From a bacterium (lineage in GTDB: Bacteria; RUG730): a DNA stretch of 33,742 nucleotides. How positions within the stretch are numbered: position 1 is the stretch's first letter; every line of letters starts with the position of its first letter. Made by a program: the position numbers and the translations under genes. Below the pieces are notes generated by a model, which did not search any database, was not told where the DNA came from, and saw only the letters and a list, made by a program, of their open reading frames with translations. The stretch lies in the NCBI GenBank assembly GCA_031551405.1, contig JAVBNQ010000005.1:1-33742 (forward strand), given 5' to 3'. Shown here one piece after another: positions 1-9,758 of the stretch.

Positions 1-89
1 TGGCTGCTCTCGTAACAATTGAAAAATTTATTATAAAACCCTACAAAAAAATTCGAAACCTTTGATCTCTTTTTGTTTATTATTTCCAT
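1..89 (-). CDS. 5' part of a hypothetical protein running off the left edge (MEIINKKRSKVSNFFVGFYNKFFNCYESS...)
   Basis: Minus-strand ATG at 87-89, GGAGG Shine-Dalgarno at 98-102, frame open to the window edge; not in the ORF track. Confidence 0.5.
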   Translation of the reverse strand, partial: MEIINKKRSKVSNFFVGFYNKFFNCYESS

Positions 90-258
90 TTATCTTTCCT
101 CCGATAAATTATTTTTCTTGTTATTCACGATATAAAATTACTATATGTCAAGCCTTTTGTAAAACGAATTTATTACGAATTTTTTGTGAGGATTTTTTAA
201 AATAAACACATTAAATTTAATAAGTTTAGACATAAAATTTATATGGAGTTACTAAAAG

Positions 259-1112
259 ATGGCAAAAAAAGAAGTAAAGACTGATTTGTGGGTGTATGAA
301 TTATTAAAAGAAGTGAATATAGATTTAGAGCCACACGGGAGCTCAATAAAAGAGATAAATGAAGTTTTAAAATCAGCTTCAAAAAGTGGAACAGGAAATG
401 AAGGGTTCCCAGAGTATGTAGGTGATGGAAAAAGTAGCTTAATTAATGAAAATTTTTTAAATCAAGACCCCAAAAAACTTCAATTAAAAGAATCAACTGT
501 TGGTATGATGAATCCGCCCTATTCGCAAGGCTCAAAACAAAATCCAGATTTATATGAGCTGTCTTTTACAGAACTTTTGCTTGATTCCTTAGTTGAAGAG
601 GGCAGAGCCGTAGTAATTATTCCTCAATCATCTATGACAGGAAAAACAAAAGAAGAACAATCAATAAAAGAAAATATTTTAAAAAACATACACTTGAAGG
701 AGTTATTACTCTTAATAAAGACACCTTTTATGGTGTTGGGACTATGCCTTGCATTGCATTGTTTACAACAGGTATCCCACATTCTAAAGATAAAGTAAGT
801 AAATTTATAGATTTTAGAGAAGACGGTTTTAAGGTAAGTCCTCATATTGGTTTAGTCGAAACAGAACAAGCTAAAGATAAAAAACAACATTTATTAGATG
901 TATGGTTTAATAAAATTGAAGCAGAAACTAAGTTTTGTGTACATACAACAGTTGAAGCAGACGATGAATGGTTGCATAGTTTTTACTATTTTAATGATGA
1001 AATTCCCACAGATAAAGATTTCGAAAAAACAGTAGGCGATTATTTAACATTTGAATTTTCTATGATAATGCAAAATAGAGAATATTTGTTTGGAGGTGAA
1101 AGTGAGGAATAA
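259..1112 (+). pseudogene. BcgI-like (type IIB) restriction-modification alpha subunit / N6-adenine methyltransferase, internally deleted and frameshifted
   Basis: N-terminus ASKSGTGNEGFPEYV is joined directly to GDGKS...MMNPPYSQ (motif IV NPPY); motif I and most of the nuclease region are absent. One base missing from the A6 run at 681-686 breaks the reading ILKKHTLEGVITLNKDTFYGVGTMPCIALF that links ORFs 259..798 and 744..1112. Confidence 0.85.
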
Positions 1113-1629
1113 AACAGTAAAGAATAATAGATGTTGTTTAAGTGATAAAAAATGAAAAAATTTTAAAATAAATGATTTATTTGAAGTTGATAAAGGCATT
1201 TATTTAAATGAGAAAAAGGTTAAACAAGGGGGAAATCCATATATAAGTGCGAAATCTTCTAATAATGGGATAAATTATTTTATAGGGAATAAAACTTTAT
1301 TTTTAAAAAATACTATTACTATTGAAAAGGTAAAATTATCCGCATTTTATCAACCAACAAATTACTATTGTTCTCATGATGTATCTGTTATTAAAAGTGA
1401 TAGTTTAAATAAAGAAAATTCATTGTTTTTATCTTCAATGATTAGTAGACAGGGTTTTAAATATTCATATGGAAGACGAGCACAACTGAATGTTGTTAAA
1501 AGAAAAATTTTATATTTACCAATAAATGATAAAGATAAACCAGATTATGAGTATATGAAGCAATATATAATTAATATGAAACATAAAAAGATAAAGCAGT
1601 ACTTAGATTATACTAAAACTACCAGTTAA
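1102..1629 (+). pseudogene. Restriction-modification specificity (S / BcgIB-like) subunit remnant with premature stop
   Basis: GGAGGT at 1092-1097 and GTG at 1102. The frame reads LSDKK*KNFKINDLF...PYISAKSSNNG...FYQ...KYSYG...LPINDKDKPDYEYMKQYI, with TGA at 1153-1155 where Trp is typical. Only one target-recognition unit is present. Confidence 0.8.
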
Positions 1630-1740
1630 TAAATATAAACTCATCGGTTTGCCTTTCTATAATGAACAAAACTTTAAAATAACATTTGATGAAAAAATTA
1701 TTTTAATTAAACAAGAATTTATTTGATGAAAATAAAAAGA

Positions 1741-1767
1741 TGTTATATTGTTCGCTTATACAGAACA
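1741..1767 (+). promoter_or_regulatory. Extended -10 (TGtTATATT) overlapped by inverted repeat TGTTC-N9-GAACA; candidate operator of the XRE gene
   Basis: TG 1741-1742, TATATT 1744-1749; TGTTC 1749-1753 and GAACA 1763-1767; 23 bp upstream of the ATG at 1791. Confidence 0.45.
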
Positions 1768-1790
1768 CAAATAAAAAGAGGGTTAAAAAA

Positions 1791-2254
1791 ATGAGAAAGT
1801 TTGGTGATTTTCTCAAAGATTTAAGATTGAAAAATAGTATTTCATTAAAGTCTTTGCGTCAAAAATAGGAATAGTTCCATCGTATTTGTCAGATATAGAG
1901 CAAGGCGAAAGAAATGCCCCGACGGAAGAGTTTTTAGATAAAATAATAAAAGAATTAAATTTGAAAGATGATGAAATAAAAACATTTTATGATTTGGCTA
2001 GGGAAGGCAAAGCAGTACCGATTGCCGAAGACGTAAAAGAGATATTAACAGGAAATCAAGATATGCCAGTTTTGTGTAGGGTGTTCAAGGAAGAAAATGT
2101 TGATATTAAAAAACTTATTATGGTTAGAGGACCTATTCGGAAAGACTACAAAAAACTAGAAATTGAATATTTAAGGTTAGAACCAGAAAAAAGCATTGAT
2201 AATAAAGGACAAAATGCTATTTCTGACCCTCTTTATAGCAAATGGGGTGACTGA
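1791..2254 (+). pseudogene. XRE-family HTH regulator, frameshifted near 1850, with an unrelated C-terminal tail (possible recombinase remnant)
   Basis: ATG 1791 gives MRKFGDFLKDLRLKNSISLK; the other frame continues FASKIGIVPSYLSDIEQGERNAP (HTH_3 pattern), so one base is missing near 1848-1853. The ORF stop lies inside the antisense strand of the tRNA. Confidence 0.8.
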
Positions 2255-2319
2255 CGGGATTCGAACCCGCGACAACAAGAGCCACAATCTTGTACTCTAC
2301 CAACTGAGCTACAGCCACC
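2243..2319 (-). tRNA. tRNA-His(GTG) with encoded G-1 and CCA
   Basis: Reverse complement GGTGGCTGTAGCTCAGTTGGTAGAGTACAAGATTGTGGCTCTTGTTGTCGCGGGTTCGAATCCCGTCAGTCACCCCA: acceptor GTGGCTG/CAGTCAC, anticodon stem CAAGA/TCTTG, GTG anticodon at 2283-2285, TTCGAAT T-loop, G-1:C73. Confidence 0.98.
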
Positions 2320-2368
2320 ATTTTTAATTTTTCAACTCAAAGTAGTTCCCAAGAATTTTTGGGAGTTT

Positions 2369-2397
2369 ATTATATTGATTTTAGATATTTTTGTAAA
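2369..2397 (-). promoter_or_regulatory. Candidate sigma70 promoter for tRNA-His
   Basis: Minus-strand TTTACA (2392-2397)-N17-TATAAT (2369-2374). Confidence 0.55.
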
Positions 2398-2842
2398 GAT
2401 TTATCATCTCCATAGCAGCCAATGCCGCATCACTGCCTTTGTTTCCGGATTTCGCGCCTGCTCGCTCAATTGCCTGCTCCAAATTTTCAGTTGTGATCAC
2501 GCCAAAAATCACCGGTATTCCGGATTCAAGTCCTACATTTGCAACTCCCTTCGAGACTTCCGAAGCCACAAAATCAAAATGCGGAGTTTCCCCTCGAACC
2601 ACAGCTCCTAAGCAGATTATTGCGTCAAACTTTTTTTTCAAAACGATTTTTTTTGCAACCGATGGAATTTCAAAAGCTCCCGGAACCCAAAAAACCGAAA
2701 TATTTTCTTCTGTAACATCATGCCGCACAAGGCTGTCGACAGCTCCGCTCAAAAGTTTGTTCGAGATAAATTCGTTAAACCTGGAAACAACAATCGCAAT
2801 TCTATGATTTTTTCCGACTAATTTTCCTTTAATTATTTTCAT
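2381..2842 (-). CDS. ribH: 6,7-dimethyl-8-ribityllumazine synthase
   Basis: [38 protein letters not shown] motifs. Confidence 0.98.
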   Translation of the reverse strand: MKIIKGKLVGKNHRIAIVVSRFNEFISNKLLSGAVDSLVRHDVTEENISVFWVPGAFEIPSVAKKIVLKKKFDAIICLGAVVRGETPHFDFVASEVSKGVANVGLESGIPVIFGVITTENLEQAIERAGAKSGNKGSDAALAAMEMINLYKNI

Positions 2843-2860
2843 TTTTTTCTCCTGCTATTT

Positions 2861-3370
2861 TTAATTTTGCAATAATTTTAAAATTTCTTCTCCAAATTTA
2901 CAAGCGGCTTTTGGTCCAGTTGCCGTAACCAATTTTCCATCGACTTTCACGTCATCATCTACAAGAACTGTGCCGCATTGCGTCAAAATCTCTCGTTCCG
3001 ATTCATACGAATTTGCTTTTTTGCCCTTCAAAACTCCGGCAAAAGCGAGAGTCGCCACACTCGAACAAATCGCAGCCAGAATTTTATTTTGCTCAACCAT
3101 TTCTTTGCAAATTTCCTGAGCTTTCTCATCATGCCAGTAAATTTTACAGCCAATTCCACCGATAAAAACAATCGCGTCAAAATCTTTTGAATTTACATTT
3201 TCAAGCTCTAAATCAGGCATAAATTCATAGCCTAATTTTCCCTTGCAAATGCTCATATTTTTTGCAATATTCACGATTTTTATTCCGGCTTTTTCCAAAA
3301 TTTTTTTGGGCTCCAAATATTCTTCATCTCTAAAAATCTCATTAGCAACTATGAATCCGACTTTTTTCAT
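2861..3370 (-). CDS. DJ-1/PfpI family protein
   Basis: FRDEE, FDAIVFIGGIG, AAICSS nucleophile elbow, VTATGP; start moved to ATG 3370, which has an AGGAG RBS. Confidence 0.93.
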   Translation of the reverse strand: MKKVGFIVANEIFRDEEYLEPKKILEKAGIKIVNIAKNMSICKGKLGYEFMPDLELENVNSKDFDAIVFIGGIGCKIYWHDEKAQEICKEMVEQNKILAAICSSVATLAFAGVLKGKKANSYESEREILTQCGTVLVDDDVKVDGKLVTATGPKAACKFGEEILKLLQN

Positions 3371-3371
3371 T

Positions 3372-4049
3372 TTAGCTCCTTTTTTCGGCTGCACTTTTTA
3401 GCGCTTTGATATTTTCGAGCACCTTTTTGTCGTGATAAATCGCATTGCCGGCCACAAGAATATTCGCACCTTTTTCCGTCGCATCTTTTATGGTTTCAAG
3501 ATTTATTCCACCGTCGACAGCTATATCAATATCAAGCTTTTGATTTAAAATAAAATTATGCAAATCTTGTATTTTTTTCGCAGCGCTCGATAAATATTCT
3601 TGGCCGCCGAAACCGGGCTCAACTGTCATCACCAAAACCATATCGACGAGATGCAAAATGCCGCCAATTTCCTCCCAATTCGTGTTCGGTTTAATGCAAA
3701 CGCCGGATTTCATATCTAAACTTTCGATTTGGTCAATCAGACGAATTGGATTTTGCGCAGTCTCAATGTGAAAAATTATAATATCGCTGCCGGCTTCTTT
3801 GAACGGCAAAACGTATTTTTCCGGATTTGAAATCATCAGATGCGTCTCAAACAAAAGTCTTGTTCCTGTTTTTTTACGCAAAGCCTTGACTACAGGCGGT
3901 CCGAAAGTGAGATTCGGCACAAAATGCCCATCCATCACATCGAGATGAATTCTGTCAACGCCGGATTGCTCGAGTACTTTTAATTCACTCTCAAGATTCG
4001 CAAAATCCGCTGATAAAATCGATGGCGAAAGTTTTATTTCTTTTTGCAT
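3372..4049 (-). CDS. rpe: Ribulose-phosphate 3-epimerase
   Basis: SPSILSADF, HLDVMDGHFVPNLTFG, MTVEPGFGGQ, VDGGIN. Confidence 0.98.
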   Translation of the reverse strand: MQKEIKLSPSILSADFANLESELKVLEQSGVDRIHLDVMDGHFVPNLTFGPPVVKALRKKTGTRLLFETHLMISNPEKYVLPFKEAGSDIIIFHIETAQNPIRLIDQIESLDMKSGVCIKPNTNWEEIGGILHLVDMVLVMTVEPGFGGQEYLSSAAKKIQDLHNFILNQKLDIDIAVDGGINLETIKDATEKGANILVAGNAIYHDKKVLENIKALKSAAEKRS

Positions 4050-4157
4050 TCTATAATTTTTCCGTTAAGAATTAAGTTTTTGCAAGATATATTTGGCTAT
4101 ATTTTTAGTCGACCCAAACATTCCATTTTATATTTTAAAAGTTAGAAATGTTTTATT

Positions 4158-5363
4158 TTACATGTTTTTTATACTTTCTTTCGTGTCTCGAGCGATCAAA
4201 AGCTCTTCGTCAGTCGACAAAACTAAAATTTTTATTTTTGAATCTTCAGTATTCACAAAACCTTCTCGTCCAAACACGATTTCTTTATTTTTTTCAAGAT
4301 CGATATTTATGTTCAAATATTCCAAGTTTTTGCAAATAAGCTCTCTCGTTAAAACATTATTTTCCCCAATACCGCCGGTAAAAACTATTGCGTCGCAATT
4401 ATTCAAAACTGCTAGATACGCTCCGATATATTTTTTGATTTTATAAGTAAACATTTCGAGAGCCAAAATCGCACGTTTATTTCCGTCGTGATAAGCATTC
4501 GTAAGTTCTCGCATGTCGTTACTGATTCCCGATACGCCCAAAAGTCCGCTGTATTTATTGAGGAGATTATCGATTTCGCTTAAACTCATATCGAGCTTAG
4601 TCGCCAGATAAAACACAATCGCCGGATCAATATCTCCTGAACGCGTTCCCATCATAATTCCCTCGAGCGGCGTAAAACCCATCGAAGTGTCAATGGATTT
4701 TCCATTTTTTATTGCAGTCAAACTCCCGCCATTTCCCAAATGACACGTAATAATATCGAGATTTTCTAGATTTTTCCCCAAGACATTTGCGGCCTTTTGC
4801 GAAACATATTTATGCGACGTACCATGAAATCCGTAGCGACGGATGGCTTCGTCGGTGTAATATTTGTATGGAAGAGCGTATAAATATGCGTATTCCGGCA
4901 AACTCTGATGAAAAGCTGTGTCAAAACTAGCCACCTGTTTCACATCCGGCAAAATTTTCTCAATAGCTTCTATACCTCGCAAGTTGTTCGGATTATGAAG
5001 AGGCGCCAGATCAATGCAATCTTTTATCTTTTTTTTGACTTCGTGATTGATTAAAACTGAGGACGCAAATTTGTCGCCGCCGTGAACTACTCTGTGTCCG
5101 ACGCCTTCTATCTCGGAAATATCTTCAATAGCTCCGTATTTTTTGTCAGTTAGAGTTTGAATCACAATTTCAATACCTTTGTCGTGATTTAAAATTTCTT
5201 TTGCATCTTTAAATTCTTTTCCGTCAAAAGTTTCCTGTTTAATCAAAGCATTTTGCGTACCAATTCTTTCGATTTGCCCTTTTGCCAAAACATGTTCGTT
5301 TGTCATAGAAATCAATTTGTATTTTATCGACGAACTGCCGCAGTTTATCACCAAAACTTTCAT
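4158..5363 (-). CDS. ackA: Acetate kinase
   Basis: VLVINCGSSSIK, GHRVVHGG, APLHNP, FDTAFHQ, RRYGFHGTSH, HLGNG, FTGGIGEN; start at ATG 5363 after GAGGT. Confidence 0.98.
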   Translation of the reverse strand: MKVLVINCGSSSIKYKLISMTNEHVLAKGQIERIGTQNALIKQETFDGKEFKDAKEILNHDKGIEIVIQTLTDKKYGAIEDISEIEGVGHRVVHGGDKFASSVLINHEVKKKIKDCIDLAPLHNPNNLRGIEAIEKILPDVKQVASFDTAFHQSLPEYAYLYALPYKYYTDEAIRRYGFHGTSHKYVSQKAANVLGKNLENLDIITCHLGNGGSLTAIKNGKSIDTSMGFTPLEGIMMGTRSGDIDPAIVFYLATKLDMSLSEIDNLLNKYSGLLGVSGISNDMRELTNAYHDGNKRAILALEMFTYKIKKYIGAYLAVLNNCDAIVFTGGIGENNVLTRELICKNLEYLNINIDLEKNKEIVFGREGFVNTEDSKIKILVLSTDEELLIARDTKESIKNM

Positions 5364-5390
5364 TTTTACCTCTTTCAAAGTCTATAAATT

Positions 5391-6149
5391 TTATTTTTTT
5401 CTATTTTGGATTTCCCAAAGTTTCGCATATTTTACCAGGCTCGAAAAACTCGAGAAGATGTGATAAAAAATACCAGGGAATCCATCTAAAAATCCGAACT
5501 TCAAAAAAAGTCTTTTAAATATTTCTATATTTAGCACAAAAATCTTTGAAAAAGTAAATTCTTTACCTTGATCAAACTTTTTTTGCGCGTCTAGCTCGGT
5601 ATATCTGTTGAATCTTTCGAAGTAATCGAAAATCGAGACGTAGCTAAAATGCAATAAACGATTTTTCAGATAAGCTTTTGAGCCGGTTATTTCCACGGAT
5701 TCGTGCACCAAAACATCACGAAATCGTCCATTTTTGCGATTAAAAAGTCTGAGCTGAAAATCCGGATATGCACCGCCAAAACGCACAGGTTTTCCGCAAA
5801 AATACAAAAGCCTTGGAATAAAATAGCCGTCGTTTTTCGGATTTTGCATTATTTTTAAAATCTCTGTTTTAAGATTTTGCGTCACGATTTCATCTGCGTC
5901 AATACTTAAAATCCAGTCGTTTTCCGCTAAATCAACACCTAAATTTTTAGTTTTAGCAAAACCTTGCCATTCTATATCGTGAATTTTTATTTTTTCATAA
6001 TTAAATTTTCGAATATTTTCGAGAGTTTTATCCGAACTTTTTGAGTCCAAAACTATGATTTCATCAGCAAAATCTACTAAATTTTTCAAGCATTTTTCAA
6101 TATTTTTTTCTTCGTTTTTTGTGATTATGACTACGCTGATTTTATTCAT
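5391..6149 (-). CDS. Glycosyltransferase family 2, WaaE/KdtX-like LPS core beta-glucosyltransferase
   Basis: ISVVIITKNEE, DSKSSDKT, WILSIDADE, RLF...VHE, GFLDG. Confidence 0.9.
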   Translation of the reverse strand: MNKISVVIITKNEEKNIEKCLKNLVDFADEIIVLDSKSSDKTLENIRKFNYEKIKIHDIEWQGFAKTKNLGVDLAENDWILSIDADEIVTQNLKTEILKIMQNPKNDGYFIPRLLYFCGKPVRFGGAYPDFQLRLFNRKNGRFRDVLVHESVEITGSKAYLKNRLLHFSYVSIFDYFERFNRYTELDAQKKFDQGKEFTFSKIFVLNIEIFKRLFLKFGFLDGFPGIFYHIFSSFSSLVKYAKLWEIQNRKK

Positions 6150-6150
6150 T

Positions 6151-6783
6151 TTACAGACTTTTTAAGAATGGATTTTTCGAAAATTCTTCAGCCAAAACTC
6201 CGGATGTTCCGTGGCCCGGATAAATTTTTAGTTTTGGGTTTAAAACGAGAAATTTTTTGAGGCTTTTTTGCATTGCTGCATCTGACGAATGCGCTAAATC
6301 AGTTCTTCCGATCGCACTTACAAACAATGTGTCGCCGGTGAAAAGAAACTCATTATTTAAGAGTAAACAAATACAACCCAGCGTATGACCCGGTGTCTCG
6401 ATAATTTTAAATTTATTGTTATTTCCAAAGAGCAATTCGTCATTTTCATTTAAGAATTTATCAGGCGGATATGAAGTAAAATCCTGATCAAGAAACGAGG
6501 ACAAATTTTTATCGGAATCTGTCAAAAAATCAGCATCATTTTTGTGGATTAAAATCGGAGCTTTACTGAAATCCTTTAACTCAGTATTTCCTCCAATGTG
6601 ATCGTAATGTCCGTGAGTATTCACGATATATTTTACTACCAAATTTTTGGATTTCAAAAAATCGATTATTTTCTCAGGTTCTGACCCCGGATCCACCACA
6701 ATAGCTTCTAACGTTTCATCAAAACAAATATAGCAATTTACCTCTAATTCTCCGACTACAATCGTTCTAATTTGAACAGACAT
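6151..6783 (-). CDS. MBL-fold metallo-hydrolase (glyoxalase II-like)
   Basis: THGHYDHIGG, TPGHT, FTGDTLF, GRTDL, YPGHG. Confidence 0.95.
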   Translation of the reverse strand: MSVQIRTIVVGELEVNCYICFDETLEAIVVDPGSEPEKIIDFLKSKNLVVKYIVNTHGHYDHIGGNTELKDFSKAPILIHKNDADFLTDSDKNLSSFLDQDFTSYPPDKFLNENDELLFGNNNKFKIIETPGHTLGCICLLLNNEFLFTGDTLFVSAIGRTDLAHSSDAAMQKSLKKFLVLNPKLKIYPGHGTSGVLAEEFSKNPFLKSL

Positions 6784-6786
6784 AAT

Positions 6787-7854
6787 CTACGCTTTTTCTT
6801 CTATTTCTTCGTCGACCGAAGCTTTTGAATCAATAGAAAATTGTCCTTTTTCTATCACCTTTTTTTCAATTTCATTAGCAATTTTTGCGTTTTCCTCGAG
6901 ATAAACTCTGGCTTTATCACGTCCTTGTCCGAGCCGAACATCGCCGTACAAATACCAAGTACCGGACTTAGAAATAATATTATGCTCGACACCAGCCTCA
7001 AGAATGCAGGCTTCGCGTATAATTCCTCGATCAAAATACATATCAAACTCAGTTTGTCTGAATGGAGGAGCGACTTTATTTTTAACGACTTTAACTTTTA
7101 CTCTATTCCCAATAATTTCTTCTCCACGTTTGAGACTCGTGACTCTTCGGATATCAAGACGTAACGATGAATAAAATTTAAGTGCTCGGCCGCCAGTTGT
7201 CGTTTCAGGACTTCCAAACATGATTCCAATTTTTTCTCGGAGCTGATTTATAAAAATTATACAAGTTTTGGATTTGGAGACTGTAGCCGTCAGTTTTCTC
7301 AAAGCTTTTGACATCAATCTAGCTTGAAGCCCGACTTGAAGATCATCCATATTCCCTTCGATTTCAGCGCGAGGAACCAAAGCCGCAACCGAATCTATCA
7401 CTATCACGTCGAGAGCTCCGCTTCGCACCAAAGTCTCAGCGATTTCCATTGCTTGCTCTCCATCGTCAGGCTGGGAAATTAAAAGTTCGTTTATGTTTAC
7501 ACCGAGCTTTTTTGCATAAATCGGATCTAACGCGTGCTCTGCATCGATAAACGCTGCGATACCGCCGTTTTTCTGAGCATTAGCGACTACGTTAAGAGAT
7601 AAAGTTGTCTTTCCGCTAGATTCCGGGCCAAAAATCTCAACTATCCTTCCCTTCGGAACTCCCCCTACTCCGATCGCTATATCGAGAGGCAAAATTCCTG
7701 TTGGAATTGATTCTACTGCTATTGATTTATTATCTCCGAGTTTCATGATCGCGCCTTTTCCAAAATCGCGTTCAATTTGTGTTAAAGCCAGCCCGAGAGC
7801 TTTTTGTTTATCGTCTTTAGACGGAATAGATGCGTGATTATTAGTTTCAGCCAT
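6787..7854 (-). CDS. recA: Recombinase RecA
   Basis: GPESSGKTT Walker [36 protein letters not shown]. Confidence 0.99.
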   Translation of the reverse strand: MAETNNHASIPSKDDKQKALGLALTQIERDFGKGAIMKLGDNKSIAVESIPTGILPLDIAIGVGGVPKGRIVEIFGPESSGKTTLSLNVVANAQKNGGIAAFIDAEHALDPIYAKKLGVNINELLISQPDDGEQAMEIAETLVRSGALDVIVIDSVAALVPRAEIEGNMDDLQVGLQARLMSKALRKLTATVSKSKTCIIFINQLREKIGIMFGSPETTTGGRALKFYSSLRLDIRRVTSLKRGEEIIGNRVKVKVVKNKVAPPFRQTEFDMYFDRGIIREACILEAGVEHNIISKSGTWYLYGDVRLGQGRDKARVYLEENAKIANEIEKKVIEKGQFSIDSKASVDEEIEEKA

Positions 7855-7895
7855 TTTTAATCTCCTTGTAATTTACTCTATCATTCTGTTATTAA

Positions 7896-7936
7896 AATTC
7901 AATTTGAATTATATAAAAAATATTATCTTTTGACTA
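7896..7936 (-). promoter_or_regulatory. Candidate recA promoter with overlapping palindrome
   Basis: Minus-strand TAGTCA (7931-7936)-N17-TATAAT (7908-7913); perfect inverted repeat AATTCAA-T-TTGAATT at 7896-7910. Confidence 0.5.
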
Positions 7937-8063
7937 TATTTTTATTTTGGGACCGCTCGACATTCTCTCACAAAGCCAAAAAGTTTCGTTTTAAAATTTT
8001 ACACACATTTCCTGAATTGCAAGTTTACTCCAAGCAAAGTCAAAAAGTTTTGCCAGAAAATGC

Positions 8064-9758
8064 CTACTTTGCCTTATTCAAAATCTCCAAAATTTCTGTA
8101 TCGAGTTTAGTCGCAAAAATTGTTTGAGCTAATTTTTTGCAGTCTTCTATAGAAATTTCTCTGATTAATGCTTTAATTTTTGGCACCAAAAGCGGGTTCA
8201 TACTCAAACTTCTGAAACCAATTCCCAAAAGTATTTTTAAAAGTCTATCGTCACCAGCCATTTCGCCGCAAATGCTTACTTCTTTCTGCGAATTTTCAAA
8301 AATAAATTTCAACATACGTAAAATCGCAATATGATGCGTTTTATAAAGGTTAGAGACATTTTCATCAGCTCGATCAACCGCAAAAAGATACTGCAACAAA
8401 TCGTTAGTTCCAATGCTAAAAAAATCTGCTTTTTCCGCCAAAAGGTCAATCGTCAAAGCTGCCGACGGAACTTCTATCATTGCTCCTATCTGGATTTTAT
8501 CGTAAAATTTCACACCTTCAGCCAACAAACTTTTCTTAATGTTTTTAACAAAATTTTTTGCCTCAATGAATTCCTCGAGCGAACTGATCATTGGGAACAT
8601 TATCTTAATATTGCCGTAAACGCTAGCTCTCAAAATAGCTCTGATCTGTGTTTCAAATAAATCTTTTCTTTTTAACGAAAAACGGATCCCTCTCAGCCCT
8701 AAAAATGGATTCCTCTCTGCCTCAATTCCAAGAGACTCTAAGAATTTGTCGCCTCCAATATCAATCGTACGAATAATGACCGGATGCGGATTCATGCTTT
8801 CAGCAGCTAATTTATATTTCTCGAATTGTTCCTCTTCCGACGGGAAATTTTCTCTGTCAACATACAAAAATTCAGTCCTAAAAAGCCCAATACCGGATGC
8901 TCCATGCAAAAGAACTGTTTTTATTTCCTCGGAAATTTCTATGTTAGCCATCAAATTTACCTTGACTTTATCTTTAGTAATTGCTGGTAAATTCTTAATT
9001 TTTGATAATTTTTTCTCGATCTGCTCGTAATTTCTTTTTTCTAACTCGTAATCTTCTAGCTCTTTTTTTGTTGGGTTTATTATTACGAGGCCTTTGTAAC
9101 CATCGACAATAATTTTATCACCTGACTCGATATTTTTAGAAATATCGTGCAACCCAACAACTGCCGGAATTTGTAAAGCCTGAGCGAGAATCGCCGTATG
9201 CGACGTTCTACCCCCGATATCAGTCACAAAAGCTCGAATTGATTTGGATTTAATTGACATAGTATCAGACGGAGTCAAATTATGCGCAACGATTATTTTA
9301 TCAAACATCGTTGCTTCGTCTCGGACATCGTTTTTTAGGTTTGCAGTAATTTTTGTAATCAAATCGAGTATGTCTCTCTCTCTTTCCCTGAGATAGGAAT
9401 TTTCAATATTTTTGAAAGACGTTCGCATATTTGCAGCAACTGTATGAAGAGATGATTCTGCAGTAAAAGAGTGTTTGATATTGTCTTTGATCTGATCCAA
9501 AAAAACCGGATCCTCCAAAATCATCGTATATGCATCAAAAAGTTTTGCATGTTTTTCTCCGAGATCTTCCAATACTTTCTTATACAAACTTGTAATTTCT
9601 TCTTTTGTTTTTTTGATCGCTAAATCGAGTTTCGTAAGTTCGACGGGAATTAAATTTTTTTCTATTTTAGAAACCTCAATTTTGTGGTCAATATGTTTCC
9701 TTAAAAAAACTTGACCATAAACAAGTCCGGGAGATGCGGGTATTCCTTTTAAAATCAT
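8064..9758 (-). CDS. ptsI: PTS enzyme I, phosphoenolpyruvate-protein phosphotransferase
   Basis: GIPASPG, TSHTAILA phospho-His, GLFRTEFL, RTIDIGGDK, NPFLGLRGIR, FSIGTNDL, CGEMAGD. Confidence 0.98.
   Translation of the reverse strand: MILKGIPASPGLVYGQVFLRKHIDHKIEVSKIEKNLIPVELTKLDLAIKKTKEEITSLYKKVLEDLGEKHAKLFDAYTMILEDPVFLDQIKDNIKHSFTAESSLHTVAANMRTSFKNIENSYLRERERDILDLITKITANLKNDVRDEATMFDKIIVAHNLTPSDTMSIKSKSIRAFVTDIGGRTSHTAILAQALQIPAVVGLHDISKNIESGDKIIVDGYKGLVIINPTKKELEDYELEKRNYEQIEKKLSKIKNLPAITKDKVKVNLMANIEISEEIKTVLLHGASGIGLFRTEFLYVDRENFPSEEEQFEKYKLAAESMNPHPVIIRTIDIGGDKFLESLGIEAERNPFLGLRGIRFSLKRKDLFETQIRAILRASVYGNIKIMFPMISSLEEFIEAKNFVKNIKKSLLAEGVKFYDKIQIGAMIEVPSAALTIDLLAEKADFFSIGTNDLLQYLFAVDRADENVSNLYKTHHIAILRMLKFIFENSQKEVSICGEMAGDDRLLKILLGIGFRSLSMNPLLVPKIKALIREISIEDCKKLAQTIFATKLDTEILEILNKAK

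Larger units (their letters stand above)
1..2254. mobile_element. Decayed genomic island adjoining the 3' end of tRNA-His (left boundary not seen)
   Basis: Three consecutive pseudogenes (RM alpha, RM S, XRE); visibly more AT-rich and CG-poor than the downstream core genes; abuts the tRNA CCA end. Confidence 0.7.

Noticed and set aside
1..258. Second att site (tRNA-His 3' duplication) at the left of the island
   Set aside because: No copy of TGGGGTGACTGACGG is visible in 1-2242, so the boundary is outside the window or lost
1153..1155. TGA at a conserved Trp position suggesting a reassigned genetic code
   Set aside because: rseP, the ArnT-like gene, msbA and lpdA all end at TGA and core genes have no internal TGA; this is a nonsense mutation in a decaying gene
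2347..2365. Hairpin TCCCAA/TTGGGA between ribH and the tRNA as an intrinsic terminator
   Set aside because: Short stem with no clear U tract on the minus strand, and it lies downstream of the candidate tRNA promoter, so it is more likely leader structure
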